Shown: positions 26,428 to 36,282 of the stretch, in pieces
Layout of the letters: the number at the start of each line of letters is the position of its first letter
Numbering within the stretch: the first letter of the stretch is position 1
Origin: a bacterium
Lineage (GTDB): Bacteria; Patescibacteriota; Minisyncoccia; Phycocordibacterales; JAKAEA01
NCBI GenBank assembly: GCA_021818465.1
Contig: JAKAEA010000001.1
Coordinates: forward strand, 454,045-518,044
DNA: 64,000 bases
Direction of reading: 5' to 3'
Translations under genes and position numbers: made by a program
The notes under the pieces: generated by a model
What the model was told of the DNA's origin: nothing
The model's database searches: none
What the model saw: the letters and a program-made list of their open reading frames with translations, nothing else

Positions 26428-28353
26428 TTAAGAAAGAACTTTTAAAATCTTTTTTATGGAGCCTGTTGCCACACCACACACCGTATCAGCACCACCGTAG
26501 TAAACATATAAAGTATCGTCGCGAATCACTGCCCCGCATGGAAATACAACATTTGCGACTTGGCCTTCTTTCTCATACTTCATATGTGGTTCTAAAACCC
26601 AATCAGTAGTGCGCGCCACCACTTTTGTAGGATTCGTTGCGTCAAGAAGTGCTAAGCCAAGACGGTATTCAGAAGAATCCTCGGCAATACCATGGTACAC
26701 GAACAAATACGCTGACGTACCATCTTCCCTTTTGACGAGCATCGGTGGGGTATTGAGACCAATTTTTTTAGCATCCCACATACCGTGACGCGGTTCTAAC
26801 ATGACCGCATAGTCAGTGACCGGTTTTGGTTGCTCTATAGTAATTGAACTAACACATATAGCGTTATTGATGCGATGGAAAAAAAGTGTGCCATGATGAG
26901 CAGTGTGCATAATACACGCATCTTTATCGTCCACACCCACCGGCGAAATAAGCACTGGTTTTTCCCACGACCACTTCCCTTTTGTATTTTCCAAAAAATC
27001 AGAAACGGGAGCAGATGTCAACGCCACCGCCGGCGCTTGTGTGCCGTTAAACGCGGTGTAGCACATATACACCCTATCACCAATTCGCGTCACCCGCGGA
27101 TCTTCACAACCAGAATTTCCATTAGGAATATTTTTTAATTCAAAAGGTTCACGCGGTTCATATAGTGGCATAGTATCACGCGTTATGATACGCACACCGT
27201 CACGTGTCGTCGCATGACCAATACGTGATGTATTATCAGCAGACATGGCGCGATACAATATATGTGTTGTGCCATCTATTTCAAAAGCTGCTGGATTAAA
27301 TACTGCTTTTTTTTCCCACGCATTGTTGGTAGGTGTCAGAATAGGATTTTTAGAAAAACGAGTCAGCACCGATTCCCCCATCATTGTTGCAAGTAAATCT
27401 GCAAGACGCACTTCAGCAGCAGCACATACCGTGTCAGCAGCACCATAATAAATACGAACCATATCGCCCACCAGAAGCGCGCTCGACGGAAATACCACAT
27501 CGGGCACTGTTCCATACCGCTCGTACACCTCCTCTGGTACCAAGAGTGGCCCACGTGTTCGACCAATAATTTTTCGTGGATTTTTGAGATCAAGAAGAAT
27601 AGCTTCTACGCCAAAAATTTTTTGATGTTGACTGTAATAGTGGCGAATGTGCGAATAAAAGATGAGCCAACCGGCTGGAGTTTTCAGAGGCGTTGAACCA
27701 ATCTCAATACGTTCATCCTCAGCACGTTTAAGATTAAACGACCACTCGTCAATGTGCGTCAACCATTCACGCCAATATGTTTCTGACCACATTTGTTCTG
27801 GTGAATCAAATTGTATAAGAGCGGTTTTTGAGGGCGGTGTATCGGTATGCACGGTAAGAACGGCTGTTAATTTTCCACCGATTTTTTCAGGAAAAAGCGT
27901 CATTGCTTTAGCGTTAAACGGTGTTACGAGATGTCGTTCTTGAATTGTTTTTAAATCCTTACTCAACGCGACAGCTACACGAATACCATCAGCAGAAAAA
28001 GGAAAATGCGACAAAGCTGTATAAAAAATATAATGCGTACCGTTGAGGTACGTTACCCGCGGATCTTCACAACCATACCGTTCCCACATTTCTTGCGGCG
28101 TTATAAACGGCGTTATATCAGAAAAATGTAAGCCATCAGGACTCGCGGCTCGGCCAATTGTTGAGAGAAAAAATTGGCCACGAGCACCTGAAGTTTCAGC
28201 AAGCGGTCGTGGCTCAGCAACCGCCCGAAACACCATATCAACACGCTTCCCTATCGCAACGAGCGAAGGATTAAACGTAGCATACGATCGCCACACATCA
28301 TCTGTAGTGGGACGTACAAGTGGATTTTTCTCATAACGACGAACAACAAACAT
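26428..28353 (-). CDS. Tandem double GH130-like glycoside phosphorylase/hydrolase
   Basis: Two full repeats, each with FNP, CEDPRV and VVFP...YYGxAD motifs. Confidence 0.88.
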   Translation of the reverse strand: MFVVRRYEKNPLVRPTTDDVWRSYATFNPSLVAIGKRVDMVFRAVAEPRPLAETSGARGQFFLSTIGRAASPDGLHFSDITPFITPQEMWERYGCEDPRVTYLNGTHYIFYTALSHFPFSADGIRVAVALSKDLKTIQERHLVTPFNAKAMTLFPEKIGGKLTAVLTVHTDTPPSKTALIQFDSPEQMWSETYWREWLTHIDEWSFNLKRAEDERIEIGSTPLKTPAGWLIFYSHIRHYYSQHQKIFGVEAILLDLKNPRKIIGRTRGPLLVPEEVYERYGTVPDVVFPSSALLVGDMVRIYYGAADTVCAAAEVRLADLLATMMGESVLTRFSKNPILTPTNNAWEKKAVFNPAAFEIDGTTHILYRAMSADNTSRIGHATTRDGVRIITRDTMPLYEPREPFELKNIPNGNSGCEDPRVTRIGDRVYMCYTAFNGTQAPAVALTSAPVSDFLENTKGKWSWEKPVLISPVGVDDKDACIMHTAHHGTLFFHRINNAICVSSITIEQPKPVTDYAVMLEPRHGMWDAKKIGLNTPPMLVKREDGTSAYLFVYHGIAEDSSEYRLGLALLDATNPTKVVARTTDWVLEPHMKYEKEGQVANVVFPCGAVIRDDTLYVYYGGADTVCGVATGSIKKILKVLS

Positions 28354-28358
28354 ATATA

Positions 28359-30281
28359 TTATTTTAAAATAATTGCATGGTCCTGCGTACCGCTCGATTT
28401 TCGACGATGTTTAATTTTTTCTAAAAGTTCTGCGAGTGGTGCTGTGGCTACACACACATGTCGATCTGCGCCACCATAATAAATGGAAATGTTTCCATTG
28501 TGCACAATAGAACCGCATGCATATATAACACCAGGCTTACCACTGTTTTCGTACCACATATCTGGAGCTAAAATTGGATATGCTGAACGAGCAATAACTT
28601 TTTCAGGGTGGTGCGCATCAAGTAATAAAGCACCGAGTTTGTATTTACCTGGTTCAGATTTTTCGTGACCATGATATAACACCAACCAACCAGCTGGAGT
28701 TTTTATGGGAGGCGGACCAGCACCGCGCACTCGAGCATCCCATCGACCTGATATTTCCGGTATAGTAATAGGATCAACGCTATGTATCTGCCGATGCCCC
28801 TTAGCGAGCTCCTCGAGTGTGTGCACATATTCAATGCGTACCGTTGGTGTGACGCTATGCAAAATAGCAAATTTTCCGTCAATTTTTTCAGGAAAAAGTA
28901 CCCAGTTTTTATGGCGCTGACCAGGTGGCGAAATGAGAATCGGCTCAGTCCAACGCCAACGTTTATTGAGAAAATCTTCACGATTAATTGAACTCGCACC
29001 CATGCGAATAGAATTCCAATCATCAAAAGCGGTAAAAGTTAGATATATTTTATCTTCAATTTTTACTAAACGAGGATCTTCTACGCCGCCCCAACTGCCC
29101 CCCGAAGGATAGATTGTGGGACCATATTGTCGCTCTGCAATATCAGCAATTGATCGCAAACGTGGTAAAGCAAAAACCGGCTCCGTAGATCGATCGTCAA
29201 AATTAAATCCGTCGGCACTAGACGCATACCCGAGCACTGAGAGGCCGTGCGCACCGACAGCTCGATACAATACATGCACACGACCGTTGTCATAGATAGC
29301 CGCCGGATTAAACACTGCCTCATTTTCCCATTCATAATGAGGTCGGGCTTGCAATATCGGATTCGCGTGGTGTCTATTTAAAAAACGTCGTTCGGGTGGG
29401 GTGGCAAGTAATGGTACTGATTGCGGCAGCGGAATGGTAGCACGAATAATAGAGTTGTCCGCAGCAATCCAGTAGAGTGTCATCACACGTTCTCCATTTG
29501 GTTTTTCTGCATCCGTAAATGCAACGCCGAGGGGCAGTACCGCTCCTTTCTCGCTATACACAAGACTTTCCCATACCGGCACCGGAGACCGCCAGAGTAT
29601 TTTTTTAGGATTATCCGCAGCAAAAAGTATTGCACCTGCAGCTACACGCGTGAGTATACCCTCTGTACGTGAAGCATCATATATCACCAAAATACCTTCT
29701 GGTACCCGTCGTGTGCCAATAGGTACAAGAGGGCCACTATCAAATGCATTGTGTCGTGATGTGTATAATAAATCTGGCTCTTGTTTCCAATGTCGTAGGT
29801 CGCTAGAAAACAGTGCTGTGGTAAACAATCCGGAACGATATAGCCAATGATGACGTGGTGTTGAGGTAGCAAACACAAAATCAGGTATTGCTGTAGTGGC
29901 TAACACTTCTTTTTCTAAAGGGATTTCGCTTCGTACTAACCACGAATACACATCGTGCGCGGTAGCCACAACCAGCGAACGTGTATCATGTACTTCTTTG
30001 ACATACACAAGAACCCACGAATCACCGTCAACAAAAAAACGAAATTTTGAACAGAAGCGTGGATTTTCTTTAACGCCATTAGAATAGCGAATAGAAACTT
30101 CTTTACCAAGAAGACCAAAATAGCCCGTCACCTCTTCCCAAAGAATAGTGAGGGTCACTCGCACACCGCTTTCGCGGCGAACAAAGAGACCTTGTGTAGC
30201 GTTATACGTTAAGACACCGAGTGGTTGGCAATCCTTAAAACGAGGGAGCGTATGAGAACGAGTAATTTTAGTGCGAACCAT
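28359..30281 (-). CDS. GH130-like enzyme with a degenerate N-terminal propeller domain
   Basis: C-terminal VFNPAA, VEDPRL, HKNWV, YYGGAD; N-terminal half lacks EDPR. Confidence 0.85.
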   Translation of the reverse strand: MVRTKITRSHTLPRFKDCQPLGVLTYNATQGLFVRRESGVRVTLTILWEEVTGYFGLLGKEVSIRYSNGVKENPRFCSKFRFFVDGDSWVLVYVKEVHDTRSLVVATAHDVYSWLVRSEIPLEKEVLATTAIPDFVFATSTPRHHWLYRSGLFTTALFSSDLRHWKQEPDLLYTSRHNAFDSGPLVPIGTRRVPEGILVIYDASRTEGILTRVAAGAILFAADNPKKILWRSPVPVWESLVYSEKGAVLPLGVAFTDAEKPNGERVMTLYWIAADNSIIRATIPLPQSVPLLATPPERRFLNRHHANPILQARPHYEWENEAVFNPAAIYDNGRVHVLYRAVGAHGLSVLGYASSADGFNFDDRSTEPVFALPRLRSIADIAERQYGPTIYPSGGSWGGVEDPRLVKIEDKIYLTFTAFDDWNSIRMGASSINREDFLNKRWRWTEPILISPPGQRHKNWVLFPEKIDGKFAILHSVTPTVRIEYVHTLEELAKGHRQIHSVDPITIPEISGRWDARVRGAGPPPIKTPAGWLVLYHGHEKSEPGKYKLGALLLDAHHPEKVIARSAYPILAPDMWYENSGKPGVIYACGSIVHNGNISIYYGGADRHVCVATAPLAELLEKIKHRRKSSGTQDHAIILK

Positions 30282-30298
30282 TACTCGTAATCTCCTTC

Positions 30299-30646
30299 TT
30301 ATACTCGACCATATTTATCTTCAATTCTTGTAATATCATGTTCGTCAAAAAAACCGAATGAGACTTCAAGCACCTGACAATCCTCCTGCTGTCCAGCAAG
30401 ACGATGGTTCGTTTGACGGGGAATAAAAAATTCATCACCCGGCTTAGCCGTTGTTTCTTTCTCATCAATAGTGACGAGAGGTTCTCCCGAAAGCACTCGC
30501 CAAAATTCACTGCGGCCTTCGTGACGCTGCAAACTAATTGCCTCGCCCGCCTTCACCACAATGATCTTTACCGTACACGGTTCGTTAAACGCAAACTGTC
30601 GAAACGAGCCCCACGGTTTCCTGACGGTCACCGGCTCACGCATCAT
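30299..30646 (-). CDS. Mannose-6-phosphate isomerase type II cupin (stand-alone)
   Basis: RKPWGSF, SLQRHEGRSEFW, HRL, FDEHDITRIEDKYGR. Confidence 0.88.
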   Translation of the reverse strand: MMREPVTVRKPWGSFRQFAFNEPCTVKIIVVKAGEAISLQRHEGRSEFWRVLSGEPLVTIDEKETTAKPGDEFFIPRQTNHRLAGQQEDCQVLEVSFGFFDEHDITRIEDKYGRV

Positions 30647-30782
30647 ATATGCATTATAGTGTATTTACTCTAACAACAATAACCTGTGTCTGTGGATAAT
30701 ACCTATTGATTTTTTATAAAAATAAAAAGCCCCGCTCATACGAACGAGGCAAAAATACAAACATGCTATGTAGGGCTACCAT

Positions 30783-31487
30783 TTATTCACATTTTACAAG
30801 CACACCATCGGCAACTGATTGATTCTCAACGCGAGAACCTATGTCAACAATCGCATTCATGATTTGTTCTGAAACAGTCCGAACATAGTCTCTGTTTAAC
30901 TTGCCAGATTGTCTAGAAAATAACAATGGCTCACCAAAATGTACCTGAACGTTTCCCCGTCTTAAAAAATCTCCGATGGTAGAACGGTGCGGTGGTGTAC
31001 CGCGGATATATACTGGAATTACCGGAGCACCTGATAGCAGTGCGAGTACGGCCGCTCCTTTTTTCGGAAATTTCAGGGCGCAATCAAGATCGGGAGGGCC
31101 TTCTGGAAAGATTCCTACAAGATCTCCTTCTTGCAAAGCACGAATAGCTGGTAAAAGACTAGCCAAACTTTTCACCGAAAGATCTACGGGAATCGCTCCG
31201 TCCAATTTGCAAGACCATTGTATCAAACCGCCAATAAAAGGGCGCTTGAATAAACGTCGAGCAGCAACAAAACGAATCAATCTAGAAGGACTGGCTATCA
31301 AGAGTATTGGAGGGTCAAGATCGCCCGTATGATTAGCGACAATAATTGCCGGGCCAGTTGCAGGAATTCGACATGCCCCCACAATTCGCCAACGATGCCA
31401 GAATCGGAGATATATACTGAATGCTGACAATAACACTGTTTGCAACGACGACAGAGATTTCGTGTGGTGGTTAGATGTAGTACACAT
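30783..31487 (-). CDS. Lysophospholipid / 1-acyl-glycerol-3-phosphate acyltransferase (PlsC family)
   Basis: NHTGDLD (HxxxxD), IFPEG, PVIPVYI; AAGGAGG Shine-Dalgarno before ATG 31487. Confidence 0.88.
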   Translation of the reverse strand: MCTTSNHHTKSLSSLQTVLLSAFSIYLRFWHRWRIVGACRIPATGPAIIVANHTGDLDPPILLIASPSRLIRFVAARRLFKRPFIGGLIQWSCKLDGAIPVDLSVKSLASLLPAIRALQEGDLVGIFPEGPPDLDCALKFPKKGAAVLALLSGAPVIPVYIRGTPPHRSTIGDFLRRGNVQVHFGEPLLFSRQSGKLNRDYVRTVSEQIMNAIVDIGSRVENQSVADGVLVKCE

Positions 31488-31597
31488 CGTAGCCTCCTTT
31501 CTTGTAAAGAACAAAAATAACAGAATAAATATACCTAGTTATTGACAATGTGTCAATAATCTTAAATACTATATTTACTGTAACCTATCATACACAT

Positions 31598-32737
31598 ATG
31601 CGAGAATATGCGAGAAAAACACGTAATTCAAACCGAGATATATATAAAGGTATTTTTCTGTGGTGCGCGTTGCCGTTGCAAATTTTTTTTTATAACCTTT
31701 TTCATAGGCGCCGCTCTCTACACACTACCCCTAAAATTCTCATCATACACACCTGTCTTATAGGTGAATTTGCCGCTTCACTACCAGCGTTAGCAACTTT
31801 TCTGGAAAAAAATCCTGGAGCAATAGTGGACATAATGGTCTCCCCTCCTCTTAAACCGTTGGTTGAAAAAATACATGGTATTAGAAACGTATTCTGTGCT
31901 ACATCGATGTTTAATCGAACCTACGAGCACGATACGCACACGAATCAAAATTTCGATGTATATACAAAAATTATTATTCTTATTATCGGGCCAGAAGCTC
32001 AGGCCCTCTTATCAAAAATAAAAACGAATCGCATAGAACTTCGTTTTCTTGTGCTTATTCGCTATGGTCTTCACCTTGGAATTTGTTTGTTATTTCGGAG
32101 ACGTCCACGACCGTGGTCATATACTACATTTCAACTTTTAGGTCTCACACCTCAAGATTCTCTGACTATTAATTTTCATTCCTTTTTCCATTTTACTCAA
32201 TCGGATGAAGCCCGCATCCAGAGTCTACAACCTCTGCAAACTAATGAAATAAAAGTCATTATTCATACTGGCGGTGGCTGGGCAAAGTGTTGGAACAATG
32301 ATAAATGGATCGAGCTTCTAAAACAGTTGCATCATGTGCACGCTCTACGTTTTATTTTTATTGGTAATAGCAATCACGAAGAGGCTGATTATCAATATAT
32401 TGCCACTCGATTATCATTCCCAGTCTATTCACTCATAGGCAAAACAAACGTCGCTGAATCATTGCTTGTATTACGCATGAGTAATTACTTTATCGGTGTC
32501 GATAGTGGACCGAGGAATCTTGCTCACGTAGTTAACTTACCCAGTATTGTTCTCATGGGACCCGGGCCACACATTTTTACTCCTCCGAATCCTCGCGATA
32601 TTACTATTGATCGTTCCGGCGAACGTGGCCTTTATCAGATGTTTTTTCGTTCTCGCCATCCATTCATTGAAAAAATTAAACCAGCCGATGTTCTTGCCGC
32701 TTTCCGTGCGCGTATTTCTAGTGTACAAAATAATTGA
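31598..32737 (+). CDS. Glycosyltransferase family 9 (heptosyltransferase-like)
   Basis: IGEFAASLPAL, IIHTGGG..KCW, FIGVDSGPRNLA, LMGPG. Confidence 0.85.
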   Translation: MREYARKTRNSNRDIYKGIFLWCALPLQIFFYNLFHRRRSLHTTPKILIIHTCLIGEFAASLPALATFLEKNPGAIVDIMVSPPLKPLVEKIHGIRNVFCATSMFNRTYEHDTHTNQNFDVYTKIIILIIGPEAQALLSKIKTNRIELRFLVLIRYGLHLGICLLFRRRPRPWSYTTFQLLGLTPQDSLTINFHSFFHFTQSDEARIQSLQPLQTNEIKVIIHTGGGWAKCWNNDKWIELLKQLHHVHALRFIFIGNSNHEEADYQYIATRLSFPVYSLIGKTNVAESLLVLRMSNYFIGVDSGPRNLAHVVNLPSIVLMGPGPHIFTPPNPRDITIDRSGERGLYQMFFRSRHPFIEKIKPADVLAAFRARISSVQNN

Positions 32738-33293
32738 GTACAATTTTATACACCCCAAATGCTAGTAGGGCCGCAAGTACCACTATAGTAATAGCTAAAT
32801 TAAAATTGTGAAGTATATTATTTATAGTTATATAAAATCGTCCAAAATAGTATCCAATGACAGTAAATACTGCCGCCTTACCAAGAGCCGCAACACTAAT
32901 AACTTGCAGATACTTCTTCATATCTGTTTTAGTCACCCCAGCAGTAAGTAGTATCGGTAGATTGGTTACATCTACGATTTTTCCCAAAAAAACAGTCGAG
33001 GCAAGATGTTTTTTATAATGTTCCTCTGCAAATTTTAAACGTTCATTTGTTACGCCCACATAATGTCCGTATCGGGGAATAATGGTGTTCCGTCCCAAAC
33101 GACCGATCCAATACAATCCTAAATCACCGATAATATCGCCGAGCACAGCAAAACCATACACAATAAAAACATTCAGAAATCCGAGCGAAGCTAAAAAAGA
33201 AGCAATGACTGTTGTGATTGGCCCTTCAATAATATCAACGGGCAAAAGAATAAAATATTTGTATGTTTCTAATAGATGAATAAATAAACTCAT
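32718..33293 (-). CDS. DedA-family membrane protein
   Basis: IIEGPITT, GDIIGDLGLYWIGR; start reassigned to ATG 33293. Confidence 0.85.
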   Translation of the reverse strand: MSLFIHLLETYKYFILLPVDIIEGPITTVIASFLASLGFLNVFIVYGFAVLGDIIGDLGLYWIGRLGRNTIIPRYGHYVGVTNERLKFAEEHYKKHLASTVFLGKIVDVTNLPILLTAGVTKTDMKKYLQVISVAALGKAAVFTVIGYYFGRFYITINNILHNFNLAITIVVLAALLAFGVYKIVLNYFVH

Positions 33294-33294
33294 A

Positions 33295-35049
33295 TCAGAG
33301 TGCTTGGGACGTATCGACGTGCGTGAGCGCCTGTTCCCAAGTAACACCAACTTTTTTGTGTGGATTAAAGATTCCATCAGGATCAAAAACGTGCTTAGTT
33401 TTCTCAAACAGCGCGTACACCTCCGGGCCATACATTTCTTTCAAAAAACCAGAACGAACGAGACCGTCATTGTGTTCGCCTGTGATGGAACCGTGATACT
33501 GGAAAATAAGTTCGTTAACCTTAGGGGCCAATTCAGCAATCATCTGCGTTGATTTCGGATTGTGGAGATCCATAAGCGGAATGATGTGAAAATTACCGTC
33601 GCCAACATGGCCAGCAATGGTGTAGGTCATCGGATATTTGTCCAAGATAGCATAGAGCTTCGGTAAAAATTCTGGCAAATATTTTGGCGCCACCACAAAG
33701 TCATCAATAAACGGTGCGGTACGCAAACCTTTAACATGTTGACGGAGCATATTGAAGCTCTCACGTCGAATGGTCCAGAATTTTTGCACTTCACGCGGCG
33801 ACTGAGTGATACGCGACGGTGCACTAAACTCTTGCTTGGCAAATTCATGCACACTGGCTTGGGCTTTTTGAGCCGCAGCAAGTGCTGCCGCATCATTGTC
33901 AGCAGTAAACTCAGCCATTAAAACAAGTTTGGGCATACCGCCAGTGAGCACCGCCCAAAATTCAGGTAAAAATTGAATTGCCAAATTTATAAGATTCCCC
34001 TTCATTCGGTGAATCATGATTGGAAAAAACTTTACTGCAAGTTTAAAAGTATGATCGTCGTACGATTCCAAACTTTCTGGTTTAAATTGCAAAAGATGGT
34101 TGGTGATATCACCGAGACGATTCATATCTTTTAAGAACAGGACGAGTAAGCGCGAATGCGTACGCGGTCGAATCAAGCGAACCTTAATTTTTGTGACAAA
34201 ACCAAGCGTGCCTTGGGAACCAACGAGTAATTTGGTGATATCAAAAACGCCCCGCTTTGTGTCGAGTACATTCCACAGATAATAGCCAGCAGAATTTTTA
34301 CTCACTGGCGGCTTGGCCTTTTTCAAAAGTACATCGTTTTTTTCCACCAGCTCACTCATTTGTCGATACACTTCCCCTTCCAAGGTTTGAAGTTTTTTCT
34401 TCTCCTCTAACTCGACAAGCGAGAGCGGTTTAAACACGTACTCATTACCATCGCGTAAAACCATATGTAGTTCCAATACATAATCTTCTGTTTTTCCATA
34501 GAGTAAGGTCTTCTCACCACCGGAATTATTTGAAACCATACCACCAATCGTGCACAGTTCTCGTGATGCTGGATACGACGGTAAAATCATATCCCATTTG
34601 AGCGTAGCCTTATCGAAATCACGAAAATACACCCCGGGTTCAGTAATGGCCCAACCAGCAGTCGTCACGTCGCTCGTCACGCCATCATGAGCTCCCTCAG
34701 TGGTCAATTTTCCTAACTCTTCATGGATTTCGCCAATATGATTAAAGTACCGTGTAAAATCAACGGAAATTGATGATGTAAGTGGCCCACCGCTCATATC
34801 CGTTCCTGCCGAGCGCGCCGTGAGGGAGACGTCGACACCGGCTTTCTTTTGGGTCTCGGCCCACCGTACCAACCGCTTCACATCGTCGGTATGTTTAGGA
34901 AACACTACTAATGTTGGTTTTATAATAAAAAGACTAGCATCTTTACTGTGGCTCGTTAAGGTTTTTTCATCGCTGGCAATATCTCCTTCAAAACCTGTAT
35001 CCTTGATAGCTTCAGTAAAGCGAGCGGACATATCGTCGGAAGAGTTCAT
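33295..35049 (-). CDS. FAD-linked oxidase (GlcD/D-2-hydroxyacid dehydrogenase-like)
   Basis: RSAGTDMSG, TIGGMVSNNSGG, GSQGTLG, GHVGDGNFH, TGEHNDG, FDPDGIFNP. Confidence 0.88.
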   Translation of the reverse strand: MNSSDDMSARFTEAIKDTGFEGDIASDEKTLTSHSKDASLFIIKPTLVVFPKHTDDVKRLVRWAETQKKAGVDVSLTARSAGTDMSGGPLTSSISVDFTRYFNHIGEIHEELGKLTTEGAHDGVTSDVTTAGWAITEPGVYFRDFDKATLKWDMILPSYPASRELCTIGGMVSNNSGGEKTLLYGKTEDYVLELHMVLRDGNEYVFKPLSLVELEEKKKLQTLEGEVYRQMSELVEKNDVLLKKAKPPVSKNSAGYYLWNVLDTKRGVFDITKLLVGSQGTLGFVTKIKVRLIRPRTHSRLLVLFLKDMNRLGDITNHLLQFKPESLESYDDHTFKLAVKFFPIMIHRMKGNLINLAIQFLPEFWAVLTGGMPKLVLMAEFTADNDAAALAAAQKAQASVHEFAKQEFSAPSRITQSPREVQKFWTIRRESFNMLRQHVKGLRTAPFIDDFVVAPKYLPEFLPKLYAILDKYPMTYTIAGHVGDGNFHIIPLMDLHNPKSTQMIAELAPKVNELIFQYHGSITGEHNDGLVRSGFLKEMYGPEVYALFEKTKHVFDPDGIFNPHKKVGVTWEQALTHVDTSQAL

Positions 35050-35068
35050 ATGCTAGTATTATAGCACA

Positions 35069-35680
35069 ATGTCTGTTTCGTTTCTTTTTTCGATTTTCAA
35101 CTTTGTGCCGGCAATTAAATATCCTCTTATTATGCTCGGCGCTCTTTTAGTTGGGCCACTTATGACGATGATAAGTGGCATTTTTGTTCGGCTAAATTTT
35201 GTTGACTTGATCCCTGTTTACTTTACTCTCATTGTTGCTGATATCATCGGCGACATCGGTTGGTATTGGATTGGCCGACGCTGGGGGCGACCATTTATTG
35301 CAAAATTCGGACGTTTTTTTTCTATTACCGAACAACACGTGGTAACACTGGAGAAATTTTTTCATCGATACCATGAGCGTATTTTAATCATTTCAAAACT
35401 AACGATGGGTTTCGGTTTTGCTGCAGTAACACTATTTACTGCTGGTTTCAGCCGTGTTCCCTTCTCTCGTTATATTCTCATTAATGCTATTGGTGAATTT
35501 TTCTGGACAGCAATCTGGCTTGCTATAGGTTTTTTCTTTACCGATCTCTTTATACGTTTAAACAATATTTTGAGTCAAATTACCGTTGTCGTCGCTGCAC
35601 TCATTTTTTTCGCTGCACTCATTGGGGTCGGCAACTATCTTCGCCATCGTTTTATTGATCATAATCATAGTATCGCTTAA
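35069..35680 (+). CDS. DedA-family membrane protein
   Basis: ADIIGDIGWYWIGRRWG, ISKLTMGFG. Confidence 0.88.
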   Translation: MSVSFLFSIFNFVPAIKYPLIMLGALLVGPLMTMISGIFVRLNFVDLIPVYFTLIVADIIGDIGWYWIGRRWGRPFIAKFGRFFSITEQHVVTLEKFFHRYHERILIISKLTMGFGFAAVTLFTAGFSRVPFSRYILINAIGEFFWTAIWLAIGFFFTDLFIRLNNILSQITVVVAALIFFAALIGVGNYLRHRFIDHNHSIA

Positions 35681-35682
35681 TC

Positions 35683-36282
35683 ATGTCACCTGCTATTCTT
35701 TTTGGTCTTGTACCAATTATTAAATACCCACTGATTATTCTCGGGGCTATGTTTGAGGGACCAATTATTATGATGCTTGCGGGTGTTTTTATACGACTTA
35801 ATTTTATTGATCTTATCCCCGCTTTTTTTGCCCTTATGGTTGGCGATCTTATCGGCGACATCGGCTGGTACTGGATTGGTCGACGCTGGGGACGACCGTT
35901 CATCGCGAAATTCGGACGGTTTTTTTCTATCACTGAAAAACATGTGATAACGTTGGAGAAATTTTTCCACTTATATCATGAAAAAATTCTTATTGTCTCA
36001 AAACTAACGACCGGCTTTGGTTTCGCTCCTTTGGTGTTATTTACTGCCGGACTCTCCAACACTCCCTTCCGCCGATACCTACTTATCAATTCCATTGGAG
36101 AACTATTTTGGACAGGATTATTGGTAAGTATTGGTTTTTTCTTTACAGATTTATATGTACACGTTAACAATCTTCTTGGCCGAGTGGCAATGTTTGCTGG
36201 AATTGTTATTATAGCGATAATAATATTCGGTTTTGGAAAATATATTCGTTCAAAAATTCTTAAAAAATATGAAGGAGACTAA
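35683..36282 (+). CDS. DedA-family membrane protein (tandem paralog)
   Basis: FEGPII, GDLIGDIGWYWIGRRWG, VSKLTTGFG. Confidence 0.88.
   Translation: MSPAILFGLVPIIKYPLIILGAMFEGPIIMMLAGVFIRLNFIDLIPAFFALMVGDLIGDIGWYWIGRRWGRPFIAKFGRFFSITEKHVITLEKFFHLYHEKILIVSKLTTGFGFAPLVLFTAGLSNTPFRRYLLINSIGELFWTGLLVSIGFFFTDLYVHVNNLLGRVAMFAGIVIIAIIIFGFGKYIRSKILKKYEGD

Noticed and set aside
35240-35970. Similar segments in two DedA genes as a DGR template/variable repeat or an assembly duplication
   Set aside because: Differences are mostly synonymous and not adenine-specific, both copies are coding, and no reverse transcriptase is present
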